Part shown: positions 10,420 to 20,060 of the stretch, in pieces | Layout of the letters: the number at the start of each line of letters is the position of its first letter | Position numbering within the stretch: the stretch's first letter is position 1 | Virus record (IMG/VR): IMGVR_UViG_3300036853_000417 | Location: 18,151-82,150 of that record | DNA: 64,000 nucleotides | Direction: 5' to 3' (one strand) | Source of the DNA: a virus | Made by a program: the position numbers and the translations under genes | Notes under the pieces: generated by a model | Databases searched by the model: none | What the model was told of the DNA's origin: nothing | The model's input: the letters and a program-made list of their open reading frames with translations, nothing else

Positions 10420-11302
10420 ACAGTGTCACCTTGTGGGTATGGGGCTGACTGGAGCGATGGTTGCATGGATACTCTATCAACATGGCTATACATTCACATG
10501 GGAGGATAATGACCAATCTGTTTGTGCCTGGAAAGCTTCAACAGGACTGATTTACCCTTGTGGGGATGACGGAGAAATGAAAGCATACTCTATCTGGAAA
10601 CAATGGCATGGAGGAAGAGCATCCTGGTCTGGTTGCCAGGTAATTGAAAAATGTGTAGAAGCTGGATCATTCTGGTTTGTGACGAAGAATCCTCCCCACG
10701 GGGGAACCTATTCAATTGAGCGCTCAATTGGATTGCTGCATCTTGCCTCTCTTTCATCATATCACTTGAATGTTCAGCATTTTGTGCGGCAAACCAGGCA
10801 GATATTTTCTGCTTGCCGCAAAGATAGATCTCATGGTCAGATCATTATTGCGAATGGATATGGATCACGCCTCCACCATTATCTTTGGGGCTGGTCTGCT
10901 CGCGTTCACCTCTCTTTTTCACAGGATTTGCTCAATGCTTCCCCATTGCGTCCAACATTCTATTTACGTCGCTCACGTTATCAATTTGGATATGCCAATA
11001 TCATTCCTGGGGAATCTGTCTATTATGCAGGTTCATCCCTCATTCATCAGGCTGAACCAAAATCCTTGAATATTGATTCTAAATATGAACGATGGAAACA
11101 ACATGTATTTGATACAACTGGAGGCAAGATATGTGTAACAGGTGTTTTGGACAGGCAAGAAGGATGGAGACCTGTATCAGACAAGCAAGATCTCGCATGG
11201 ATTACACAAGAGAATGGGATGCTGATCGTGCGCCCAATGGGTAGCTCCGGGGTCCGTCTTGCCCCATTGCTATGTGAAGCATTGCTTAAAATACTGGGAT
11301 AG
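10412..11302 (+). CDS. FAD-dependent oxidoreductase (DAO/glycine oxidase-like)
   Basis: N-terminal GMGLTG Rossmann motif, ASTGLI, EGWRP, GSSGVRLAP. Confidence 0.75.
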   Translation: MAKQCHLVGMGLTGAMVAWILYQHGYTFTWEDNDQSVCAWKASTGLIYPCGDDGEMKAYSIWKQWHGGRASWSGCQVIEKCVEAGSFWFVTKNPPHGGTYSIERSIGLLHLASLSSYHLNVQHFVRQTRQIFSACRKDRSHGQIIIANGYGSRLHHYLWGWSARVHLSFSQDLLNASPLRPTFYLRRSRYQFGYANIIPGESVYYAGSSLIHQAEPKSLNIDSKYERWKQHVFDTTGGKICVTGVLDRQEGWRPVSDKQDLAWITQENGMLIVRPMGSSGVRLAPLLCEALLKILG

Positions 11303-11311
11303 GGGAAAGAT

Positions 11312-11845
11312 ATGCGCGAAACACCTGATTCAGCTTTGGCATTTGAGCGATATTATGACCTGGGAGAGGATCGTACCTTAGCCCTTCTTGCCCAAAAAAT
11401 GCGTCAGGAAATGATCAGACAACAACAGATCCTGAGGGATACCAAACCCATACCAACAGAAGCAACACTGCTCTCTCGTTATAAGAAATGGTCAAAGGCA
11501 CACAAATGGCAGGAGCATGTCATTCAGCGTGACCGCGCACAGGCAGAAAAGGACCGTAAGAAGAGGCTAAAAGCCATAGAGCAGATGAATGATGAACATT
11601 CACTGTTTGGACGAACACAGGCAATGCAGGCAGTAAGACAAATCAAAGAATTGATTGATGCAAAGAAACTTGGGGCGCCTGCAGCAGTGCAGCTCTTTAA
11701 ATATGCAACCGATCTGGAACGGGTAGCGCGGGGGGCTGCTACCGAAGTGGCACATCTTCAGCATACAGGTGAAGAAGGTGGACCAATTGTCATTAAGACC
11801 GAATGGGGGACGGTAAAACTTGATCGCAATGAAGAGGAGATATAA
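11312..11845 (+). CDS. terS: terminase small subunit
   Basis: AFERYYDLGEDRTL...KWSKAHKW, C-terminal HTGEEGGPI; directly upstream of TerL. Confidence 0.7.
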   Translation: MRETPDSALAFERYYDLGEDRTLALLAQKMRQEMIRQQQILRDTKPIPTEATLLSRYKKWSKAHKWQEHVIQRDRAQAEKDRKKRLKAIEQMNDEHSLFGRTQAMQAVRQIKELIDAKKLGAPAAVQLFKYATDLERVARGAATEVAHLQHTGEEGGPIVIKTEWGTVKLDRNEEEI

Positions 11846-13182
11846 TGCCTACTGCTACTCGCGAGTATCGCGTTCGGCTCTACACTCCTCATCCAGGTCA
11901 AGTCCCTCTCCATGAAAGTCGGGCGCGTTTTCGTGTGATAAATTGCGGCAGAAGATTCGGGAAAACGTATTTCGCCGCGAATGAAGAATGTAAGTTTGCC
12001 CTTGACCACAATGATGTTCTCTGCTGGTGGGTAGCTCCAACATATAGACAATGTAAGATTGCCTATCGTTTGATGAAGAGAGCCTTAAAAGAGGTGCTGG
12101 TCAAGCATAGTGATACGGATCTTCGCTTAGAAATCATCAATGGTTCTGTTATCGAGTGTCGGTCATGCGATAAACCAGACAACCTGCTTGGAGAAGGTAT
12201 ACACCTGCTCGTCGTTGATGAGGCCGCCATGCTTCCAGATAGCACGTGGTTCAATGTGCTGCGTCCCATGCTTTCAGACACAAATGGGAAAGCTATCTTT
12301 ATCTCAACACCCAAGGGTCGCAACTGGTTTTACACGATGTACTTGCGGGGGTTGGACCCACTTCAGAAAGATTATGAGTCCTTTACCAGGCCCACATCCG
12401 CCAACCCCTACATTGATCCAGAAGAAATTGCGCATGCAAAAGAAGATTTGCCAGAGGATGTCTATGAGCAAGAATACCTGGCAGAATTTAAGGAGAATGC
12501 AGCGGGCGCGTTTCGGGGGATTGATGCCTGTATTGAAGGAGAGCTACAGGAGCCTCGCCCTGGAGTCATTTATGAAATTGGGTATGATGTAGCCAAGCAT
12601 CGGGATTTTTCAGTGATCACGGTGCTCAATACTTCAACACAGCATGTAGACTGGTGGTACAGGGTCAATCACGTGGATTACGTTGTTCAAGTCCAAGATT
12701 TAAAAGATATTGCAATGCGCTATAATAATGCGCACGTACTGATGGATGCTACCGGCGTTGGGGACGCGGTGATGGAGATGGCACGCCTGGTTGGGGTCAC
12801 TGTTGATGGATTTCTCTACACCAATACCTCTAAAACCAATCTTATTGGTGATCTGATTGTGGGTATCCAGCACCGGGCCATTACATTTCCTGATATTCCG
12901 GTACTGGTCGGGGAGCTACGTGCAATGCAGGTCAAATATTTACCAAGTCGTCTGGTTCAATATGAAGCCCCTCCCGGCTATACGGATGATGGAGTGCATT
13001 CACTGGGTCTCTGCTACAAAGCAGGTGCAACAGGTGGTACAATAGCCTTATCATCTTCTCATCAGGACAAGGGTGATGAACTTCCTGTACAACATCAATC
13101 TGATGATGATCTGATTATGGAGCGCCAGGCGCAGATGGCAAGATTGCTTGGACGTGTTCGTATTACATCAACATTTGGATAG
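11845..13182 (+). CDS. terL: terminase large subunit
   Basis: GRRFGKT Walker A, LVVDEAA Walker B, STPKG motif III, GYDVA and DD nuclease acidic residues. Confidence 0.95.
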   Translation: MPTATREYRVRLYTPHPGQVPLHESRARFRVINCGRRFGKTYFAANEECKFALDHNDVLCWWVAPTYRQCKIAYRLMKRALKEVLVKHSDTDLRLEIINGSVIECRSCDKPDNLLGEGIHLLVVDEAAMLPDSTWFNVLRPMLSDTNGKAIFISTPKGRNWFYTMYLRGLDPLQKDYESFTRPTSANPYIDPEEIAHAKEDLPEDVYEQEYLAEFKENAAGAFRGIDACIEGELQEPRPGVIYEIGYDVAKHRDFSVITVLNTSTQHVDWWYRVNHVDYVVQVQDLKDIAMRYNNAHVLMDATGVGDAVMEMARLVGVTVDGFLYTNTSKTNLIGDLIVGIQHRAITFPDIPVLVGELRAMQVKYLPSRLVQYEAPPGYTDDGVHSLGLCYKAGATGGTIALSSSHQDKGDELPVQHQSDDDLIMERQAQMARLLGRVRITSTFG

Positions 13183-13184
13183 AC

Positions 13185-14939
13185 TTGTACAGATGTGTGG
13201 AGAACGTGGTGAGTAGGAGACGATACAAAAAAGCAAAAAAAGGAAATTGGCAACATCTTATTGAGAATGAAGAGTTGCGTACTGCATTCTTGCGCTTTGC
13301 ACGAAGTATTCATACAGCAGAGGAATCGGCAGAGCAGATAGCAGTGCGTGCTGGCCGACCTGCTTCACAGTTTATCGATTTACGCGAGGCTGGTCGTATT
13401 CTGGACCGATATCCTCAGTTATCTGGTTATCTCTTGAGTATTCGAGAACGCCAGGAAGAGCTACAAGATGCTCAAATGAGGCATAAAGAATCCCCCACAC
13501 ATGAAGTATCTCAGGCTGCGGCGCTTGGAGGATGGGCAGGATATCAAAATGTGACACCACAGGGAGTCCCTAATGCACGTGCCTTGCGCAATTTTGCAGA
13601 TGAATGTGAATTTGTAGCGGCAAGTATTAATCATTATTGTGATCGTATCAGCAGATTTAAACTAACGGTACTCCCCATCGATGAACAAAAACCATATAAT
13701 CGCTCAGTTGAAAAAGAGATGATTGCGCTTCTTGAAAATCCTAATGAACTGGGAGATACCGTTGCTGATATTGTAAGTACCATCACTCGTGATTATCTTA
13801 CCATTGGACGCGGCATTATCAGCAAAGCAATGTCAGTGCGGCGCATTCCTACAACGCTCTATATGGAGGATGCAGCCCTGTTTCGGATTGATCCAAAGTG
13901 GAGTGGAAATGCTGAAGAACCTCGCTATCTCTACCAACCAAATTCACAGACAAAGATCCCACTACGCAATGATGAGATTATTTGCTTACTTTGCGGTCCA
14001 TCCACCTTTCGTCTATCATTTTCTCCTGTCCAGATCTTGAGAAACACCATTCTCTCTGACCTCAAAGCGACAGAGAGCGCATCCCGACTGGTCGAGCACA
14101 AACCTCCTCCTCACCTTGTTCAACTGCCAGGAGCCAGCGCAGCACAAATTGATCGTTTGCGATCAACCTATGATGCAGATATTGCAGGACATCGTGAGAT
14201 CATGTTTCTGGGTGGCCCTAACCCGGCGCAGATCAAACCGATGATTTTCTCATTGCGGGACAATCAGTGGATGGAGTGGCTTGAATATCTGGCACGCAAA
14301 ATAGCTGTTGTGTTTGGACTGTCTATACAAGATCTTTCCTTCACCGGAGATGTCAACAGGGCAACCGCAACCAGCCAGCAAGAGCTATCAGAAAGCAAGG
14401 GACTTATCCCACTGATGCTTCGTATTGAAATGTATTTCCATCATCATCTTCTTTCAGATTTTGCTCCTAAGCGAAATGGTATTCCAGATATGCGTGCGCT
14501 CAACTTACGTGTTGCATATCCTGAGATTGGAGAAGCTATGCGTATGCTTCATGTAGAGCAAACAATCCATCTGGCAACAAAAAGTCTTGCTGGTCTTCCC
14601 TCGCAAACGCTCAATCAGGTGCTCACTGCGCAGGGGTTAGAGCCTGTGCCAGGAGGAAATACTTTTTATCTCAAAACAGCAACCGGCGCTATTCCCTGGT
14701 TGTCTTATGACAATGATTTTGGTCCGACCATTCAGGAGAATCCAACAGAAGAAGAGAATAATTCTCAAAATCCCACGAATGAAGAGGAGAACAAGAGCTA
14801 TCGCACCCCAAAGCGAGCAACCATTCAAAAATCACATCCATATGATAAGGAGGCACGCGATACTTTGGGTACCGCAATAGAACATATTTTCCACTCGATA
14901 GAAAAGCAAGGATCAGAGCAATTGAGGAGGCTACAATGA
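13185..14939 (+). CDS. portal protein
   Basis: follows TerL; NPN...SPVQ...ARKIAVVFGL...NRATA portal pattern; real start probably GTG near 13209. Confidence 0.85.
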   Translation: MYRCVENVVSRRRYKKAKKGNWQHLIENEELRTAFLRFARSIHTAEESAEQIAVRAGRPASQFIDLREAGRILDRYPQLSGYLLSIRERQEELQDAQMRHKESPTHEVSQAAALGGWAGYQNVTPQGVPNARALRNFADECEFVAASINHYCDRISRFKLTVLPIDEQKPYNRSVEKEMIALLENPNELGDTVADIVSTITRDYLTIGRGIISKAMSVRRIPTTLYMEDAALFRIDPKWSGNAEEPRYLYQPNSQTKIPLRNDEIICLLCGPSTFRLSFSPVQILRNTILSDLKATESASRLVEHKPPPHLVQLPGASAAQIDRLRSTYDADIAGHREIMFLGGPNPAQIKPMIFSLRDNQWMEWLEYLARKIAVVFGLSIQDLSFTGDVNRATATSQQELSESKGLIPLMLRIEMYFHHHLLSDFAPKRNGIPDMRALNLRVAYPEIGEAMRMLHVEQTIHLATKSLAGLPSQTLNQVLTAQGLEPVPGGNTFYLKTATGAIPWLSYDNDFGPTIQENPTEEENNSQNPTNEEENKSYRTPKRATIQKSHPYDKEARDTLGTAIEHIFHSIEKQGSEQLRRLQ

Positions 14940-15011
14940 TCATTGAAATTCGAGAAATTAAGGAAATTCCAACATACAGGACTATTCTTGTGATCTATTA
15001 GGAGAGAAGAA

Positions 15012-15314
15012 ATGTCAATAGAAGAAATGTGCGCAACACAAACGAGTCTTCCACTGATCGAGGGAGTTGCTAAAAAGATTGGCATGATCAGAGAACGTAT
15101 CTATTGTCCTCCAAAATGTCCTCCACTTCGTTGTTTTACTTTCCAAAAGTATGGGTATACGTGGCAGGGAGTTCTTTTTGAAGATGGATATATTTGCATT
15201 CGTGGGAGATCAGCAAAAGGGGATGCAGTGACCTGCCAGTATAGCGATCTTGAAGAAATGATGAGAATTCGTAGTTTAAAGCAAGCAGACATTCACTGGA
15301 TGGAAAATGAGTAA
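15012..15314 (+). CDS. hypothetical protein
   Basis: ORF with RBS; QGVLFEDG resembles the 589..840 product. Confidence 0.5.
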   Translation: MSIEEMCATQTSLPLIEGVAKKIGMIRERIYCPPKCPPLRCFTFQKYGYTWQGVLFEDGYICIRGRSAKGDAVTCQYSDLEEMMRIRSLKQADIHWMENE

Positions 15315-15612
15315 GAACACTATCTGTGAAATATGTGGAGGAATATTGCGTGTTGAGTATGTCATTACCTTTGAGCAATGTACACCACGTGAAATGAGGG
15401 TAGAACCTTCTCCATTTCCTCAAGATGCACGACTCTGTGCAGGGCATGATGCTCTTGCACCCAAAGACACCGTATCACTACTCAAAGAAGCACTTTCTGA
15501 CGGATTGCATGCTGAGGGTGCTCACCATAAACAGCATGCACTCTGGAGGCTTGCAAAAATCCTGGGATTAGAACATTTGTTTGAAGATGGAGAAGAGAGA
15601 GGAATTGCATGA
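15307..15612 (+). CDS. hypothetical protein
   Basis: CxxC N-terminus; GAHHKQ...ERGIA C-terminus as seen in phage proteins. Confidence 0.55.
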   Translation: MSKNTICEICGGILRVEYVITFEQCTPREMRVEPSPFPQDARLCAGHDALAPKDTVSLLKEALSDGLHAEGAHHKQHALWRLAKILGLEHLFEDGEERGIA

Positions 15613-15737
15613 TGATGATACTTGCCGATGTTGGTATCAATGGGGAAATGCTTTTTAATGATTTCATCACAGCTTTGATGGTGGTAATCTTGATGGCAGT
15701 GCTCTTTGGTGTTTTTCGGTGGTGGACACCAAGATAG
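15609..15737 (+). CDS. small membrane protein (42 aa, not in the ORF track)
   Basis: ATGA overlap with the previous gene, GAGGA RBS, one hydrophobic segment. Confidence 0.45.
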   Translation: MMMILADVGINGEMLFNDFITALMVVILMAVLFGVFRWWTPR

Positions 15738-15746
15738 GAGAAGATT

Positions 15747-16373
15747 ATGGCTCGTATTCGTTGCTTCCTTTTAGAGGAGACAGAGCGTGTTGCAGTCTAT
15801 TTCCGTCGCTATAATAGCACTGCCTTCAAAAAAGGAACCTGTCCAGTACATGATGATTATCATAATGCTTCTGTTCGTATTGAAGATGAGTTAGTAGAGA
15901 AGGATGAACGAGGATATATTGTCAATGGCAGCAAGCCAGCCTCACACGACGATCCTCGCTGGCCGAAAATCTGTGCTTGTGGATATATCTTTCGTCCAGA
16001 GGATGAGTGGCAACGTGATGCCCATCTCCTCTATTGGAGACGGGATACTGGAGAGGAAATGATTCTGCGCAATGCTCCACCAGGTGCAATGTGGTATGCC
16101 TGGTGGTTTGATGATATCTATCAACCACAGGGCAAGCATTGTCTGGTCATCAGGATGCCAGGAGGAGGGGAATGGATAGTGGATAGCCAGGCCAAAAATT
16201 GTAGCATGCCAGAAGATAGAAAGCAGGAGAAACATCATTGTTGGATACTTCATGGTGACCCTCCTAATGTCACAGTAGACAAGCAGGGAGCCTCTACCTG
16301 TGCAGCAGGGTCTGGAAGTGTTCAGATGCAGAATTGGCATGGTTTTTTGAGAAATGGTTTTTTAGAAGAATAG
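15747..16373 (+). CDS. Cys/His-rich hypothetical phage protein
   Basis: AGGAG RBS; multiple C/H residues; C-terminal WHGFLRNG. Confidence 0.6.
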   Translation: MARIRCFLLEETERVAVYFRRYNSTAFKKGTCPVHDDYHNASVRIEDELVEKDERGYIVNGSKPASHDDPRWPKICACGYIFRPEDEWQRDAHLLYWRRDTGEEMILRNAPPGAMWYAWWFDDIYQPQGKHCLVIRMPGGGEWIVDSQAKNCSMPEDRKQEKHHCWILHGDPPNVTVDKQGASTCAAGSGSVQMQNWHGFLRNGFLEE

Positions 16374-16382
16374 GAGAAATAC

Positions 16383-16589
16383 ATGTCTTATTCTGCTGTT
16401 GGGCAGTGTACCAGGTGTGGTGCTCCGATCTATGCAGAATATCCCTGGATGGCAGTTACTCCCCCTCCATTTCGTTATTCCTGTCTCTGTTGGGTTTCTG
16501 TGAAAAAAGGGAGACCATTCTACAAAACAACTTCAGGAACAACGGTAGATGAACAAGATACAAAAAACAAGGAACAACAGAAAACATGA
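16383..16589 (+). CDS. small Zn-ribbon protein
   Basis: CTRCG...CLC; AGGAG RBS. Confidence 0.5.
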   Translation: MSYSAVGQCTRCGAPIYAEYPWMAVTPPPFRYSCLCWVSVKKGRPFYKTTSGTTVDEQDTKNKEQQKT

Positions 16590-17023
16590 TGACAGAAAGA
16601 ACAGCAGAGGGTCAGATTATCAACGGAGATGCTTTAATTGTGTTGAAAAATCTACCTACACACTCGGTAGATTCCATTGTTACTGATCCACCTGGTGGGA
16701 TTTTCTTTATGGGCAAAGAATGGGATAGCGATAAGGGTGGGCGAGATCAATGGATCGCATGGTTAGCGTCAATTATGCAAGAGGCTCGCCGTGTGATCAA
16801 ACCTGGGGGTCATGCTTTGGTATGGTCACTTCCTCGTACTGCACATTGGACTGCAATAGCGTTAGAAGATGCAGGATGGGAAATAAGGGATAGTGTGCAT
16901 CACATCTTCGGAAGCGGTATGCCCAAAAGTCATAATATAAGTAAAGCGGTAGAATCTGAGATAGTAAAACAACTGCAACTAAAAGGGATAGTATTTACTA
17001 GTTGGGAGGATGAACATGAATGA
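16586..17023 (+). CDS. N6/N4 DNA methyltransferase, N-terminal half (split gene)
   Basis: GDAL, VTDPPG, RVIKPGG, EDAGWEIRD, GSGMPKSHNISKA. Confidence 0.85.
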   Translation: MMTERTAEGQIINGDALIVLKNLPTHSVDSIVTDPPGGIFFMGKEWDSDKGGRDQWIAWLASIMQEARRVIKPGGHALVWSLPRTAHWTAIALEDAGWEIRDSVHHIFGSGMPKSHNISKAVESEIVKQLQLKGIVFTSWEDEHE

Positions 17024-17783
17024 GTTTTTCAAATCTATCTATGTATTGCGCTTCTTTGCCCCATATAGAGCGATGACAAGATACACACAATGTTATTCCA
17101 TTAGTAATATCAAGAATACGTTCAGGACATTCTCTGACTGGATGTATGTGATGTGCTTGTATGTCTCCATTGCTAGGCTTATTGCACATTTGGCAGGTAT
17201 AATTATCACGTTCATATACAGATTTGCGCCAGTCTTTGTACTCAAATTGACCATGAATAATAGCTCGATATTTAGTAATTCCTCCATTTTTCCAATTAGG
17301 ATGAAGATGTTGACGATATTTTCCTTTAAGGCTGCTAGAAATCTTTTTACGGGTAGTATCAGCAAGCTTGGCCCCGTATCGTGGGGAATTCTCTCCTATA
17401 CGGCTTTTTGCATAATCACTCAATTCTTGTTTACGTTGAGCAGACAAGGGAATACCCTTGTTCCAACCAGCACATTTTTCAGTTTTATCTCGAATTGGAA
17501 TTTCGTATTCATGCAACAATTTACTAATACTACTTTCAGACGAACCCAGTTGACGCCATATAGTATCTATACTCAATTCCTGATTTACATACAGTTCATG
17601 CAATTGTTCTTTACTAGATGCCACAGGACGTTGTGCAAGATGCCTGTCACGAATGGGAATATCATATTTTCTCAACCAATTACTAATAGTTTGGCTAGAA
17701 TTGACTCCTACAAGTGCAGCAATTTCAACTGTGGTCAAATTTTCAGTAACATACAAATTATACAAAGTGTCTTTGTCCAGCAT
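16998..17783 (-). CDS. homing endonuclease (HTH + NUMOD3-like + HNH) inserted in reverse orientation
   Basis: TRKKISSSLKGK, ERDNYTCQMC...AHHI...NGITLCVSCH; own AAAGGAG RBS. Confidence 0.85.
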   Translation of the reverse strand: MLDKDTLYNLYVTENLTTVEIAALVGVNSSQTISNWLRKYDIPIRDRHLAQRPVASSKEQLHELYVNQELSIDTIWRQLGSSESSISKLLHEYEIPIRDKTEKCAGWNKGIPLSAQRKQELSDYAKSRIGENSPRYGAKLADTTRKKISSSLKGKYRQHLHPNWKNGGITKYRAIIHGQFEYKDWRKSVYERDNYTCQMCNKPSNGDIQAHHIHPVRECPERILDITNGITLCVSCHRSIWGKEAQYIDRFEKLIHVHPPN

Positions 17784-17796
17784 GGGAGGCTCCTTT

Positions 17797-18831
17797 ATGC
17801 AGTACCATAACTTTCCTAATTATAACACAACAGAAGAAATTATACAAGTTACTGTATATGGAAGAACGTTAAATCTTATCAGACGTAATGGGAGATTTGT
17901 GAAACCTATTGAACTAAAAGAACTAGAAGGGAATGGGACTGGGATGAAGCCCTCTCATGAAGTATGGTGGCTGGCGCGTGCTCCTCTTTCAGAATCTACT
18001 GTAGCTGCTAATGTCCTAAAACATGGTACTGGTGCACTCAATATTGATGCCAGTCGAGTCTCATATGTGAGTGAGAAAGATGGACAACCTAAAGATTATA
18101 GCAATAGCAAAGGGATAGGAACCTATCAGGAAAGTTGTAAAGAACAGGGTGCCCGCAAATACGCAGATGGTTTTTCTTATCTTAAAAATAACTTTGTTGC
18201 ACAGACTCCTGCCAATGGTCGATGGCCTGCTAATCTTCTGTTTTCTCACACTTTATTTTGTACTGAGGAGCAATGTACAGAAGATTGTCCGATAGTGCTA
18301 CTAGATAAACAGAGCGGGGTGAGGAAAAGCGTAAGAAGCCTAAGAGGCGGTGTGAAGCTCACCGGGACAACGTATAGCCCTCGATTTAAGCAAGAAATCA
18401 GCGAATATGAATGTGGCTACAATGATCAAGGTGGAGCTTCCCGTTTCTTTCAGCAATTTTACTACTGCCCTAAAGCTTCACAATCTGAAAGAGAATCAGG
18501 TTGCGAACATCTTTCTGAGCACAATGGATTTGATAAAAACACCAGTAAGCAGATAGCGCACATCAATCACGAAACAGGGAATACGACCTATTCAGAGTAT
18601 TCCCCAAGTGTGCGTAAAAATAATCATCCAACGGTAAAGCCTGTAAATCTTTTGAAGTATCTTATCAGGATGATTACGCCTCCTGGTGGAACAGTTCTTG
18701 ACATGTTTGCAGGAAGTGGGAGTACTGGGCTGGCAGCAATACAGGATGGATGTACCTTTATTCTCATTGAAAAAGAGATTGAGTATGTAGAGATTGCACG
18801 TGCAAGGATAGCCGCTATCCAGAATGGATGA
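17797..18831 (+). CDS. N6/N4 DNA methyltransferase, C-terminal half (split gene)
   Basis: GTGMKPSHE...LARAPL, GRWPAN, NHPTVKP, DMFAGSGSTG; GGGAGG RBS at 17784-17789. Confidence 0.85.
   Translation: MQYHNFPNYNTTEEIIQVTVYGRTLNLIRRNGRFVKPIELKELEGNGTGMKPSHEVWWLARAPLSESTVAANVLKHGTGALNIDASRVSYVSEKDGQPKDYSNSKGIGTYQESCKEQGARKYADGFSYLKNNFVAQTPANGRWPANLLFSHTLFCTEEQCTEDCPIVLLDKQSGVRKSVRSLRGGVKLTGTTYSPRFKQEISEYECGYNDQGGASRFFQQFYYCPKASQSERESGCEHLSEHNGFDKNTSKQIAHINHETGNTTYSEYSPSVRKNNHPTVKPVNLLKYLIRMITPPGGTVLDMFAGSGSTGLAAIQDGCTFILIEKEIEYVEIARARIAAIQNG
17819..17847 (-). promoter_or_regulatory. sigma70-type promoter for the HNH gene, lying inside the MTase C-half coding start
   Basis: TTGTAT-17-TATAAT with TG extension on the minus strand. 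Confidence 0.55.
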
Positions 18832-19384
18832 AAGAAAGATGACGAAAGAACACTATAAAAAAACAATAGATCTCAGGGAATATCCCTATCCGGCCCTGAT
18901 TCTTCCCTGTGAGTCAGGAATCCTTTTTGAGCAGCAAACAGGAGGGTTGGCGTGTTCACACCATCAAATAGAAGGGTTGTTCTTGCCACTTCCTGTACAG
19001 AGTCATAACTTACACATGTTTATGGAAGCACTGGAAGTCATTCATCCAGGATGCTATGGACACTCCCTGACATTTGAAGAGGCATGTAAACTCGATGATG
19101 CTGTTATTAAAAGATATAATGTACCATTAGAGGTAAATAAAGAAAAGCGAGGAGAAAGCACAGAAGCATGGGTACATGTACGTATTATGGGGAAGGATGA
19201 CAAATGGCCGTATAGACCAGGGAGTTCTGAACTATGGGATTTTCAGCGGTTTGCCAAAAAAATGAAACCAGACATCACCAAAGAAGAAATTATCCAGATT
19301 CTTCATAAGAACATCCTTGAATGCTCTACTCTGGCAGATTTTGCAGGAGAAGGGGCTATTTTGACCTGGGAGAATTGTGACTGA
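18824..19384 (+). CDS. DUF6210-like protein
   Basis: QTGGLAC...EGLFLP...EAWVHV...LTWENCD. Confidence 0.6.
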   Translation: MDERKMTKEHYKKTIDLREYPYPALILPCESGILFEQQTGGLACSHHQIEGLFLPLPVQSHNLHMFMEALEVIHPGCYGHSLTFEEACKLDDAVIKRYNVPLEVNKEKRGESTEAWVHVRIMGKDDKWPYRPGSSELWDFQRFAKKMKPDITKEEIIQILHKNILECSTLADFAGEGAILTWENCD

Positions 19385-20046
19385 TGACAGATGCAGAGCT
19401 GATTACAACCATTCTCAATGTCTATAGTTTCCAGGATCAGGAGATTACCACTCTCTCTGAGGCTATTGTTGATGCGCGTCTGCTTTCCATGCGGGTATCC
19501 TACCAGCACGCACAAAAGGTTGTTGGGGTGCCTGTAAACTGGGAACCATCTGGAAGCATGCGAAGTCGAATTACCAGGCAAAGTCAGAAGGATGCGCATG
19601 GGATTGCTACAACATTTAGGAATCTCCTGACATCACTGCTTGAAGATCTTTTCCAGGTCAAGCATGTTGCCAGTTGGCAAGACATCTTTGGAACACTTTC
19701 AGAGGCTGTATCCAGTGTTATTGCTCATATTAAAGAATGGATACGCGATCTGCTTCCCTGGAAAGGACAACAAATTATCAATGCTTCATGTGGCACCGGA
19801 CTAAATGAAGGGCTGGATACTTTTATGAAAGATCTTGCCAATGGAGATATCATTGATGATTCAGGGAAACCGCTCAGTATTGAGTACATGACTGACTATG
19901 CAGTTCGCGTACTTCCGGTAGAATCAAGTGATGATATTTGTCGTGATTATGCAGGAGTTACTTTTGCGCTATCCGATTACGATCTCATCCCTGCGTTCCC
20001 TGTCCATGTAAATTGTCCACATTATAAAGAAATTCTTCAAAGATAG
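19384..20046 (+). CDS. putative head morphogenesis (gp7/MuF-like) protein
   Basis: C-terminal DICR...PVHVNCPH resembles PxHPNCRC; lies between portal and protease. Confidence 0.55.
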   Translation: MTDAELITTILNVYSFQDQEITTLSEAIVDARLLSMRVSYQHAQKVVGVPVNWEPSGSMRSRITRQSQKDAHGIATTFRNLLTSLLEDLFQVKHVASWQDIFGTLSEAVSSVIAHIKEWIRDLLPWKGQQIINASCGTGLNEGLDTFMKDLANGDIIDDSGKPLSIEYMTDYAVRVLPVESSDDICRDYAGVTFALSDYDLIPAFPVHVNCPHYKEILQR

Positions 20047-20060
20047 AGGAGGACGACCGT

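Noticed and set aside
16998-17810. Group I intron or intein explanation for the split methyltransferase
   Set aside because: No P7/R-S elements or C1...HN intein ends recognised; the two halves are in different frames with their own stop and start signals
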